Positions 44,163 through 52,322 of a stretch of DNA of 64,000 nucleotides are shown here, piece after piece. The position numbers and the translations under genes are program-made. This DNA comes from Candidatus Dormiibacterota bacterium. Its GTDB lineage: Bacteria > Chloroflexota > Dormibacteria > Dormibacterales > Dormibacteraceae. Position 1 is the first letter of the stretch, and each line of letters opens with the position of its first letter. Location: contig DAIRGV010000001.1 of NCBI GenBank assembly GCA_036794405.1, positions 44,550 to 108,549 of the forward strand. The letters are read 5' to 3'. The notes under the pieces are model-generated. The model saw only the letters and a program-made list of their open reading frames with translations, was not told the origin of the DNA and did no database searches.

Positions 44163-45002
44163 ATGAGGAGAATGCTGGCCCGGCTCCTGGCCGGCGAACT
44201 GACGGTCGACGAAACGCTGGAGGAGATCCGCCGAACGCAGCTGCTCGAGCTCGCCGGCCAGGCCCGCGTCGACCTCGGCCGGACGGCCCGCCGAGGGATC
44301 GCGGAGGTCGTCCTCGCGGCAGGCAAGCCGCCCGATGCAGCCGCGCGGCTGATCGTCGCGCTGGCCCGCGAGCAGGGACAGGGGCTCGGGAGTCGCCTCG
44401 GGCCGGACCACTGGAGCGCCCTCGAGGTCGCGGCGCAGGGCTTCGAGGTCCATCGCTACGGGCCCCGCTCGGCCCTGGTCCGCCGCCCCGGTCACCAGCC
44501 CGAGCCAAGCGGCGGCCGGGCCGCGATCATCAGCGCGGGGACCTCCGATTGGGTGGTCGCCGAGGAGGCGCGGATGGTGCTCGAGGCCGCCGGCGTGGAG
44601 ACACGGCAGGTCTTCGACGTCGGCGTCGCCGGGCTTCACCGGTTGCTCGAGCCGCTGGTCGAGCTGGTCGGATGGCGGGCCGACGTGTTCGTCGTCGCGG
44701 CGGGCATGGACGGCATCCTTCCCGGCGTCGTCGCCGGACTGGTCGACGCGCCCGTTATCGGGGTGCCGGTCCCGACCGGCTACGGCGCCGGAGGCGAGGG
44801 GGAGGCGGCCCTCCTGACCATGCTCCAGTCCTGCTCCACCGGCCTGACCGTGGTCAACATCGACAACGGGATCGGGGCCGGCACCGCAGCGGCTCTCATC
44901 GCCCGCCGGGCGGGCGCAGCGAGGCTGCCAGGGCCACCGCCAGCGCCGCCAGCGCGAGCAGCGCGATCAGGACAAGGAATCCGATCCCGATCCAGTAGCT
45001 GA
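44163..45002 (+). CDS. larB: nickel-pincer cofactor biosynthesis protein LarB (PurE-like)
   Basis: AIISAGTSDWVVAEEA, VVAAGMDGILPGVVAGLVDAPVIGVPVPTGYG, VVNIDNGIGAG. Start is ATG 44163. Confidence 0.75.
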   Translation: MRRMLARLLAGELTVDETLEEIRRTQLLELAGQARVDLGRTARRGIAEVVLAAGKPPDAAARLIVALAREQGQGLGSRLGPDHWSALEVAAQGFEVHRYGPRSALVRRPGHQPEPSGGRAAIISAGTSDWVVAEEARMVLEAAGVETRQVFDVGVAGLHRLLEPLVELVGWRADVFVVAAGMDGILPGVVAGLVDAPVIGVPVPTGYGAGGEGEAALLTMLQSCSTGLTVVNIDNGIGAGTAAALIARRAGAARLPGPPPAPPARAARSGQGIRSRSSS

Positions 45003-45141
45003 TCGCGGTCCCGGCTCGGGACGCGAAGGTCAGGCCGAGGAGGATCGCCAAAGCCAGCACGCCGACCAGGAGCCCGGGGAAGCCCCGCCGCCGGCGGCCA
45101 TAGAAGAAGAGCCAGAGTCGGCCCGGCCGGCGGCGGCTCAC
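44896..45141 (-). CDS. small hydrophobic protein (two predicted TM helices)
   Basis: GTG 45141 overlaps the HAD stop (GTGA). GLLVGVLALAILLGL and WIGIGFLVLIALLALAALAVALAA. Overlaps the 3' tail of larB, so tentative. Confidence 0.35.
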   Translation of the reverse strand: MSRRRPGRLWLFFYGRRRRGFPGLLVGVLALAILLGLTFASRAGTAISYWIGIGFLVLIALLALAALAVALAASLRPPGGR

Positions 45142-45833
45142 AGCAGCGATTCCAGCCCGGCCAGGGTCGCGATGGAGGCGACTCCCGCCGCCGGCGGTGG
45201 ACCGAACGGTGGGCAGACGATAGCGGCGCGCATGCCCACCGCCAGCGGCCCCTCGTAGTCCTCGCGGACCCGGTCGCCGATGAAGAGAACCCGCTCGGCG
45301 GGGATGCCGAGTGCCGCCAGCGCCGCCCGGTAGGGCTCGGGGCTCGGCTTGCGCCGTCCGACCGCGGACGAGAAGACGATCGCGTCCATCCGCTCGGCGA
45401 GGCCTGTCGCGCGGAGCTGGCGCTGCATCATCTCGGGTGGAAAGGGCGCGTTCGAGCAGATACCGGTGAGCAGGCCCCGGGCGCGGAGACGGTCGATGAC
45501 GTCCAGGGCTCCCGGCACAAGTCGCACGGAGCGATCCCAGGCCCGCTGCTCGAGGTCCAGAATCCGGTACAGCACGTCGTCGGAGAGGGTCAGGCCCGCC
45601 CGGCGCCAAGCGCGGCGGTAGAAGTCCAGGTAGTCGATCTCGTCCTCCGAACCGAACCCGTCCAGGTCCTGCTCCAGCGGATGTAAAACGTGGAACAACA
45701 GCCATTCCGCGGTTGGCGGCTCGGGGCCGAGCCAGGGCCGAACGGTCTCCAGCACCTCGACCAGGGCGGTGGTGGGGTACTCGAAAGTGACGAGTGTCAG
45801 CCCGTAGTCGAAGAGAACGGCCTCTGTCCGCAT
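45138..45833 (-). CDS. HAD-superfamily hydrolase
   Basis: ATG 45833. [10 protein letters not shown] (motif I, DxG), ICSNAP (motif II), [10 protein letters not shown] (motif III Lys), [11 protein letters not shown] (motif IV). Confidence 0.8.
   Translation of the reverse strand: MRTEAVLFDYGLTLVTFEYPTTALVEVLETVRPWLGPEPPTAEWLLFHVLHPLEQDLDGFGSEDEIDYLDFYRRAWRRAGLTLSDDVLYRILDLEQRAWDRSVRLVPGALDVIDRLRARGLLTGICSNAPFPPEMMQRQLRATGLAERMDAIVFSSAVGRRKPSPEPYRAALAALGIPAERVLFIGDRVREDYEGPLAVGMRAAIVCPPFGPPPAAGVASIATLAGLESLL
45681..45697. other. parS-like AT-rich motif, site 6 (ATGTAAAACGTGGAACA)
   Basis: Read directly. Inside the HAD gene, encoding F-H-V-L-H as TTC CAC GTT TTA CAT. Confidence 0.6.
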
Positions 45834-45852
45834 CTGTGGTACACACAGTGTC

Positions 45853-46335
45853 GTGTCCTCGCGCCTGACCCACGTCGACGAGTCGGGTGCCGCCCGGATG
45901 GTCGATGTCGGCGCCAAGGCCGAGACGCGCCGCGAGGCCAAGGCCGAGTGCCTGGTCCGGATGGCTCCGGCAACACTGGAGGCGGTCCGGCAGTCGGACG
46001 TCGCGAAGGGTGACGCGCTCGGGGTCGCCCGCGTCGCCGGGATCATGGCTGCCAAGCGCACCTCGGAGCTGATCCCGCTTTGCCACCCCCTTCCGATCAC
46101 CAGCGTGGAGCTCGAGTTCGAGCTGCTCCCCGCCGGCGTCCGGATCCTCGCCACCGCCCGGGTCACCGGGCGCACGGGCGTCGAGATGGAGGCGCTCACC
46201 GCGGTCGCCGTGGCGGGGCTCACGGTGATCGACATGGTCAAGGGAATGGAGCCGGGCGTGTGGCTGGAGTCGGTTCGACTGCTCGAGAAGACCGGCGGCA
46301 AGAGCGGGGGCTGGAAACGGCAACCGCCTGGGTAG
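45853..46335 (+). CDS. moaC: cyclic pyranopterin monophosphate synthase
   Basis: [32 protein letters not shown]. Confidence 0.9.
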   Translation: MSSRLTHVDESGAARMVDVGAKAETRREAKAECLVRMAPATLEAVRQSDVAKGDALGVARVAGIMAAKRTSELIPLCHPLPITSVELEFELLPAGVRILATARVTGRTGVEMEALTAVAVAGLTVIDMVKGMEPGVWLESVRLLEKTGGKSGGWKRQPPG

Positions 46336-46784
46336 TGACGGTCAGCGACCGCTGCTCCGCCGGTGAGGCTGAGGACCGCAGCGGGCCCGCGGTGGCCCGC
46401 CGGCTCCAGGAGGCGGGCATGGACGTGATCGGAAGCCAGATCGTGCCCGACGAGGTCGACAAGATCCGCGCCGCCCTCCGCGAAGCCGTCGGCGATCTCG
46501 TCGTCACCACCGGCGGCACCGGCCTCGCGCCGCGCGACGTGACGCCACAGGCCACCGCCCTCGAGCTCGACTACCAGGTGCCCGGGCTGTCCGAGACGAT
46601 GAGGCGGGCGGGCGCCGCCTCGACGCCGATGGCGATCCTGTCGCGAGGAATTGCCGGTGTCCGCGGCCGCTGCCTGGTGCTGAACCTTCCCGGCAGCGAG
46701 CGAGGGGCCACCGAGTCCCTGGACGCCGTGCTGCCCGCGCTTGGCCACGCCCTCGAACAGCTGGCGGGCCGGACCGGGCATTGA
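46335..46784 (+). CDS. mog: molybdopterin adenylyltransferase (MogA/MoaB family)
   Basis: TVSDRCSAGEAEDRSGP, VVTTGGTGLAPRDVTP, LNLPGS. GTG 46335 overlaps the moaC stop. Confidence 0.75.
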   Translation: MTVSDRCSAGEAEDRSGPAVARRLQEAGMDVIGSQIVPDEVDKIRAALREAVGDLVVTTGGTGLAPRDVTPQATALELDYQVPGLSETMRRAGAASTPMAILSRGIAGVRGRCLVLNLPGSERGATESLDAVLPALGHALEQLAGRTGH

Positions 46785-47464
46785 CGATCAACCTCAACTC
46801 CGACCTCGCCGAGGGCGCGGGCCACGACGAGGCGATCCTCGCCAACATCGACAGCGCGAACGTGTCCTGCGGCGTCCACGCCGGCTCGCTCGGCGAGACG
46901 ATCCGGGTCTGCCGCCGCTGCGGTGAGCTGGGCGTCGAGGTGGGCGCGCACCCCGGGTACGACGATCGCGAAAGCTACGGGCGGGTCGAGACCGGCATCG
47001 GGCCGGCCGACTACGAGGCGCTGGTCGCAGCCCAGGTCGCCTCCCTCGCGGCCATCGCCCCGATCGCCTACATCAAGGCCCATGGCGCGCTCTATCACCG
47101 GGCACAGGCCGATCCCGAGGCGGCCGCTGCGCTGGCGAGGGTCGCCGCCCGGCATGGGGTCGGCCTGGTCGGCCAGCCCGGGTTCGGGATCCTCGCCGCC
47201 GCCGCCCGAGCGGGGCTGCCAGGCTACCGCGAGGGGTTCGCCGACCGCGCCTACCTGCCCGACGGCCGGCTCCGGCCGAGGGCCGAGCCGGGAGCCGTGC
47301 TGGAGCCTGAGGGGGCGGTTGCCCAGGCGATCCGGTTCGCCCGCTCGGGCGACTACGACACCATCTGCGTCCACGGCGATTCGCCGGGGTCAGAGCACGT
47401 CGCGGCCGCGATCCGCGCCGGCCTCCGCGAGGCTGGCATCACGACCGGTCACCTGCGCCGGTAA
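46781..47464 (+). CDS. pxpA: 5-oxoprolinase subunit A (LamB/YcsF family)
   Basis: INLNSDLAEG, ANVSCGVHAG, AHPGYDDRE, IKAHGALY, ICVHGD. Confidence 0.85.
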   Translation: MTINLNSDLAEGAGHDEAILANIDSANVSCGVHAGSLGETIRVCRRCGELGVEVGAHPGYDDRESYGRVETGIGPADYEALVAAQVASLAAIAPIAYIKAHGALYHRAQADPEAAAALARVAARHGVGLVGQPGFGILAAAARAGLPGYREGFADRAYLPDGRLRPRAEPGAVLEPEGAVAQAIRFARSGDYDTICVHGDSPGSEHVAAAIRAGLREAGITTGHLRR

Positions 47465-47475
47465 CCTTTGACGAG

Positions 47476-48018
47476 ATGCTTGACGTAGGCGACACCGCAC
47501 CCGACTTCGAACTGCCCGCCAGCGGGGGCAGCCCGGTCCAGCTGTCCGAGGCCGTGAAGCGCAGCCGCGCGACCGTGATCGCGTTCTACGTCCTCGACTT
47601 CACCCCGGGTTGACGGAACGAGCTTTCCGAGTTTCGGAACCGGTTCGGCGACTTCCAGGAGGCAAATGTCGCCCTCTACGGCGTCAGCGTCGATAGCGTC
47701 TACTCCCACCAGGCGTTCTCCAAGGAGCTGGGCGGGCTGCCCTTTGAGCTGATCGCCGACTTCGAGCGGAAGATGGTCGACGCCTGGGGCGTCCGACGCA
47801 CCGACATGGAGGGGTACGACGGGGTCCCCCGGCGAACCATCTTCATCCTCGACCCGGAGATGAAGGTCCGCTGGCGCTGGGTCACCAGCCCGGAGCAGCG
47901 CCTGCCCGACACCGATCAGGTGCTGGCCGAGGCCCGCAAGATCGGCGGCGATGACGTTGGGGCCGGGAAGCGGGCCAAGCCGGCCAAGCCGGCAGCACGG
48001 CTGAAAAAGAAGACCTGA
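47476..48018 (+). CDS. BCP/PrxQ-type peroxiredoxin with in-frame TGA (47611-47613) at the peroxidatic Cys position: candidate selenoprotein, or a nonsense pseudogene
   Basis: Hand translation MLDVGDTAPDFELPASGGSPVQLSEAVKRSRATVIAFYVLDFTPG[TGA]RNELSEFRNRF...VALYGVSVDS...GVPRRTIFILDPEMKV.... The ORF track shows only the C-terminal 81 aa (47773..48018). Confidence 0.7.
47616..47646 (+). promoter_or_regulatory. SECIS-like stem-loop downstream of the in-frame UGA
   Basis: Outer stem GAAC (47616-47619) pairs with GUUC (47643-47646). Inner stem UUCCG (47625-47629) pairs with CGGAA (47635-47639). The apical loop AGUUU has G at position 2 and starts 17 nt after the UGA. Confidence 0.45.
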
Positions 48019-48022
48019 GCCG

Positions 48023-48976
48023 CTAGGCGATCTGGTCGAGGGCGGCCCGGAGCCGGCGCCATTCGTCCTGCGCCTCGCCCACTGAGGTCTCCCGGAAGGT
48101 CAGCTGCTCGCCGGGCAGCAGCTGCGCCGCCAGCGGCAGCGCGGCCCGCGTCACCCCGAGGATCACCGGGTAGCCGCCGGCGGTCTGGTGGTCGGCCATG
48201 AGCAGGATCGGCTGCCCGCCGATCGGCAGCTGGACGGCGCCAGCGGTGAGCCCGATCGAGAGCAGCTCGGCGCCTTTCATCTGAAGCTGTGGGCCCTGGA
48301 GCCGAAAGCCCATCCGGTCCGCGTCGCGGCTGACCTCGAAGGGTGATTTCCAGAGGGAGGTTCGCGAGCTGCGGTCGAGACGGGCGTGGTGCGGACCGGG
48401 CACCGCGGCGAGGGCCGGAGCACGGCCATACTCGGGCAGCAGCCGGCGCGAGAGGTGGCGGCCGGCGATCAGCGGCCGCGGCGCCGGCCCGGCCAGCGCG
48501 AGGGTGTCACCCGCCTCCAGGGTGCGGCCGTCGAAGCCGCCCTTCTCCACCAGCAGGTAGGTCGCCAGCGAGCCCAGCCAGCGCGCGCCTGCCAGCCCTC
48601 CCGCAACCGCGACGTAGCAGCGGGCTCCCCAGCGCCGGCCGGTGAAGCTCAAGCGCTCGCCGGCGGCGAGGTAGACACCCGTCCAGAGGGGTATCTCCGC
48701 ATCGTTGACGGAGGGCGTGAAGTCGGCCCCCGTCACCGCCACCAGGCATGGCTGAAGCGCCAGCAGCATCGGTCCGTTGAGGGCGCACTCGAGGGCCGCC
48801 GCCCCGTCCGGGTTGCCAACCAGCCGGTTCGCTGCGGCAAGCGCGAAGCGGTCCATGGCGCCGGAGGGCGGGACGCCGAACTTGCGGTGTCCGGGCCGGC
48901 CGAGGTCCTGGATCGCGGTCAGCAACCCGGGCTTCTCGACCTTCAGCACCGGCTCGCTGAGCGAGCTCCTGGCCAT
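48023..48976 (-). CDS. pxpC: 5-oxoprolinase subunit C (KipA / allophanate hydrolase subunit 2 family)
   Basis: LLTAIQDLGRPGHRKFGVPPSGAMD, and HQTAGGYPVI. Confidence 0.85.
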   Translation of the reverse strand: MARSSLSEPVLKVEKPGLLTAIQDLGRPGHRKFGVPPSGAMDRFALAAANRLVGNPDGAAALECALNGPMLLALQPCLVAVTGADFTPSVNDAEIPLWTGVYLAAGERLSFTGRRWGARCYVAVAGGLAGARWLGSLATYLLVEKGGFDGRTLEAGDTLALAGPAPRPLIAGRHLSRRLLPEYGRAPALAAVPGPHHARLDRSSRTSLWKSPFEVSRDADRMGFRLQGPQLQMKGAELLSIGLTAGAVQLPIGGQPILLMADHQTAGGYPVILGVTRAALPLAAQLLPGEQLTFRETSVGEAQDEWRRLRAALDQIA

Positions 48977-48982
48977 CTGCGG

Positions 48983-49612
48983 CTAGACCGGGTGGAACTT
49001 CACCCGGTCACCCGGGCGGAGGAGGCTGGGCGGGTCGTTCTCGGCGAGGAACATCGGGAGGGAGGTCCGGCCGATCAGATGCCAGCCACCCGGAGTCGGA
49101 AGGGGGTAGACGCCGGTCTGCTCCCCCGCCATCGCCACCGACCCGGCGGGGACGTGGGTGCGGGGGACCCGCCGCCGGGGCAGCTGGAGCGCCGGCGGAA
49201 GCGGCCCCAGGTAGGCGAAGCCGGGTACGAAACCGACCATGAAGACGCGATAGATGGGCTGGCTGTGGAGCCGGACGAGCTCGGCCGCGGTGAGCCCGAG
49301 GAGGTCAGCCGATTCGGCCAGGTCCTGGCCGTCGTAGCTGACCGGGATCCGGTGCAGGCGCCCGCTGGGGCCGACCCGTGCCTTCTCCCGGAGCAGCTTT
49401 GCCACCGCGGACCCGATGGCGCTGAAGCTGGTCCGGTCGGGGTCGTAGTGAACGGTGACGGTCGAGTAGCCGGCAAAGGCCTCCCGCACCCCGGAGCGCT
49501 TCTCGAGAGCCGCGGCGAGGGCGTGGCAGCGGGCGTTGAGGGCGGTGTCGATGCGTGAGCCGAGCTCGACCAGGAGGGTCGCGTCACCGATCGGCCAGAT
49601 CTTCTCAGCCAT
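48983..49612 (-). CDS. pxpB: 5-oxoprolinase subunit B (KipI / allophanate hydrolase subunit 1 family)
   Basis: GDATLLVELG, STVTVHYDP, GFVPGFAYLG, PAGSVAMAGEQTGVYP. Confidence 0.85.
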   Translation of the reverse strand: MAEKIWPIGDATLLVELGSRIDTALNARCHALAAALEKRSGVREAFAGYSTVTVHYDPDRTSFSAIGSAVAKLLREKARVGPSGRLHRIPVSYDGQDLAESADLLGLTAAELVRLHSQPIYRVFMVGFVPGFAYLGPLPPALQLPRRRVPRTHVPAGSVAMAGEQTGVYPLPTPGGWHLIGRTSLPMFLAENDPPSLLRPGDRVKFHPV

Positions 49613-50240
49613 CGGCCAGGGTCGCGGTGGCGTGGGCCGAGACCAGCATCGCGTAGAGGACCCCGGGCACCACCCCGAGGAGGGCGAGCCCGAGGCCGCA
49701 GAACCCGATCCCCCAGGCCGTCACGATCGCGACCACGGCCAGGTTCCAGGTCGGGAACCGGCGGCCGATCGTTCCCAGCGACGGCCTCGGGTCGATGAGG
49801 TCGGTGAGCGACCCGGTCCGGGCGAAGCGGGCAGTCGCGGGCGGCATCAGCACCAGCAGGAGTATCCCCCAGGGGAGGGCGGCCGCCGCGCCGGCGAGCA
49901 CCAGGCCCAGCCCGGCGCGAATGAAGGTGTCGGTGGGCTGGGCGGCGAGATGGGCGGTGATCCACGGGGCGAGCAGGGCGGCGCCGGCGGCGAAGGGCGC
50001 GGTCAGGACGGCCAGGACCATCGCCACCGCCAATCCCTCGCCCAGGAGCCGGGGCAACGGCCCCCACGGCGGCGGACCCGCCTCTGGGTCGGCTGCCGCG
50101 CTGCGGACCACGGCAACCGAGTACCCGAGCAGCGGCACCAGCCCGAAAGGCAGCAGGACCACCAGGGGGATCCCGATCAGCCAGGCCCGCGCCGCGCCCG
50201 GCCGAAAGGGGAAGCCGAATGCCGCGGCAACCCGATCCAC
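49605..50240 (-). CDS. DUF4013-like polytopic membrane protein
   Basis: Five or six hydrophobic segments. GYSVAVVRSAA near the N-terminus. Overlaps the pxpB start. Confidence 0.5.
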   Translation of the reverse strand: MDRVAAAFGFPFRPGAARAWLIGIPLVVLLPFGLVPLLGYSVAVVRSAAADPEAGPPPWGPLPRLLGEGLAVAMVLAVLTAPFAAGAALLAPWITAHLAAQPTDTFIRAGLGLVLAGAAAALPWGILLLVLMPPATARFARTGSLTDLIDPRPSLGTIGRRFPTWNLAVVAIVTAWGIGFCGLGLALLGVVPGVLYAMLVSAHATATLADG

Positions 50241-50254
50241 TACGCTGCCGAGCG

Positions 50255-51100
50255 ATGGACACGGCGGACATCATGGCGGTCGCCCTGCAGCTGGCAGGCC
50301 TCGCCGAGGTGCCTGCCGACTCGGCGGTCCACATCCCCGGCACCGGGCTCAAGCGGGCCCTCTTCGGAGTCGACATCGAGGTTGGCGAGGTCCTCTACGC
50401 GCGGGACGCCGGGTTCGATGTCGTCGTCGTTCACCACCCGGTCGGAGACGGTGGGGCCAGCGTGCAATTCACCGAGGTCATCTGGCGCCAGGTCGCCCAG
50501 ATGATGGAGGAGGGTATCGCGGAGCCGGTCGCCCGGGCGGCGGTGGCGGAGCGAGTGTCGACCGTCCACCGGCGCCGCCATCTCCTGAATCACAACCGGG
50601 TGCTCGACACCGCCAGGTTGATCGGCCTGCCGCTGCTGAACATCCACCTTCCGCCGGACATTGTCGCCCGCCGCTTCGTGCAGGACATCGTGCGACGGAC
50701 GATGGGCGCCGAGACGACCGTCGCCGAGCTTCTCGGCGTCCTCGGCGAGGTGCCGGAGATGAAGGGCTCGCTGGTCAAGCCAGAGGCGTGGATCGGAGAG
50801 CCCGAGAACCGCGTCGGACGTACGGCGGTCGCGATGGCCGGTGGCACCAACGGGGGCTATCCGGTCTTCCGGACCTACTACGACGCCGGGGTCAACACGA
50901 TCCTCGCGATGCACATCGACGAGGCCGACTTCGGGCGGCTGCGAGCGGAGGCGCGGGACGATTGCAACTTCATCGTGACCGGCCACGTGCCCTCCGATTC
51001 GATCGGGATCAACCGGCTGATCTGGGCGCTCGAGGACCGGGGCCTGGAGTGTGTGCGGACGAGTGGCATCATCGGCGTTCCCCGACCAGCGCCGGCCTGA
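50255..51100 (+). CDS. Nif3-like dinuclear metal centre protein (tentative)
   Basis: VVVVHHP, NIHLPPD, GHVPSDSIG. Trimmed to ATG 50255. Confidence 0.5.
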   Translation: MDTADIMAVALQLAGLAEVPADSAVHIPGTGLKRALFGVDIEVGEVLYARDAGFDVVVVHHPVGDGGASVQFTEVIWRQVAQMMEEGIAEPVARAAVAERVSTVHRRRHLLNHNRVLDTARLIGLPLLNIHLPPDIVARRFVQDIVRRTMGAETTVAELLGVLGEVPEMKGSLVKPEAWIGEPENRVGRTAVAMAGGTNGGYPVFRTYYDAGVNTILAMHIDEADFGRLRAEARDDCNFIVTGHVPSDSIGINRLIWALEDRGLECVRTSGIIGVPRPAPA

Positions 51101-52322
51101 CCTCGCCGACCACGTAGAGGCTGCCGCAGACGAGGACCAGGCCCCCGGGGCCCGCGAGCTCGACGCCGCGCTCCGCGGCGGCCGCCGCCGGCAGGACGAC
51201 CTCGCCGGCGCCCCAGGCGGCGGCCAGGTCCTCGGGCCGTGCAGCACGGGGGCTCTGGGCGGCCGTAAAGACGACTCCGGCCGGCCGGAGGTGGCGGAGC
51301 TCGGCCAGGCCGGCGGCGACGTCCTTGTCGGCCATCATCCCGAACACCACGGTCACCGGCCGGCCGCCCGCCAGCCGCGGTACGTCCTCCGCCAGCCGCG
51401 CCAGCGCGGCGGGGTTGTGGCCGCCGTCGAGAAGCACCGGCGGGTTGTCACCGACCAATTCCAGGCGTCCCGGCCAGCGCGCCTCTGCCAGACCGTCGGG
51501 CGCTTCGCCGAGGAAATGGGCAGCCGCGACGGCCAGCCCAGCGTTGGTCGCCTGGTGGCTCCCGAGAAGTGGCACGGGGAGGCCGCGATGGGCGAAGCCC
51601 GGACCGGAGACGTCGATCTCCGACCCGTCCCAACCCGCCCAGCGCGCCTCCAACCGGAGCTCGTGGCCCAGTCGCCAGAGCGGCGCGCCGGCGCTCGCCG
51701 CCGCCTTTTCGACGACTGTCAGCGCCTCGTCCTCGGCCCCGGTGATGACCGTGTTGCCGGGCTTGATAATCCCGGCTTTCTCGGCCGCAATCCGGGCGAC
51801 GGTGTCGCCCAGGTATTGCTGGTGGTCGAGCGTGACGTTGGTGATCACCGCCAGGCCGAGGTCGAGCACGTTGGTCGCGTCGAGCCTGCCTCCCATGCCG
51901 ACCTCGATGACGAGCCGGTCGCAGCGCTGAGCGAGGTGGTTGATCGCCACCGCGGTCAGGATCTCGAACTCGGTCGGCGGACCGAGTTCAGCCGCGATCC
52001 CCTCCAGGCGGGGCCGCAGGAGCTCCACCGCGGTGGCGAAGTCATCCTCAGCGATGGGGGTGCCGTCGACCTGGATCCGCTCCGTGTAGGAGCTGAGGTG
52101 GGGGCTCGGCATGGTGCCCACGGTGTGGCCCGCGTGACGCAGAATCGCGGCCAGCATCGCGGCAGTCGAGCCCTTGCCGTTGGTCCCCGCGATGAGGGCT
52201 CCGCGCATGCCCTGCTGGGGATTGCCGACCGCCTCCAGGATGGCGCGAGTCCGATCGAGGCCGAGCTTGATGCCGAACCGGCCGAGCCCGGTGATGTACT
52301 CGACCGACTCGGCGTAGGTCAG
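51069..52322 (-). CDS. folC: dihydrofolate synthase / folylpolyglutamate synthase (apparent CTG start)
   Basis: IAGTNGKGST P-loop and ITNVTLDHQQYLG. The conserved N-terminal YAESVEYITGLGRFGIKLGLDRTRAILEAVGNP lies upstream of the first ATG (52208). The only in-frame initiator after the upstream stop is CTG 52322, which overlaps the folD stop as CTGA. Confidence 0.8.
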   Translation of the reverse strand: MTYAESVEYITGLGRFGIKLGLDRTRAILEAVGNPQQGMRGALIAGTNGKGSTAAMLAAILRHAGHTVGTMPSPHLSSYTERIQVDGTPIAEDDFATAVELLRPRLEGIAAELGPPTEFEILTAVAINHLAQRCDRLVIEVGMGGRLDATNVLDLGLAVITNVTLDHQQYLGDTVARIAAEKAGIIKPGNTVITGAEDEALTVVEKAAASAGAPLWRLGHELRLEARWAGWDGSEIDVSGPGFAHRGLPVPLLGSHQATNAGLAVAAAHFLGEAPDGLAEARWPGRLELVGDNPPVLLDGGHNPAALARLAEDVPRLAGGRPVTVVFGMMADKDVAAGLAELRHLRPAGVVFTAAQSPRAARPEDLAAAWGAGEVVLPAAAAAERGVELAGPGGLVLVCGSLYVVGEVRPALVGERR

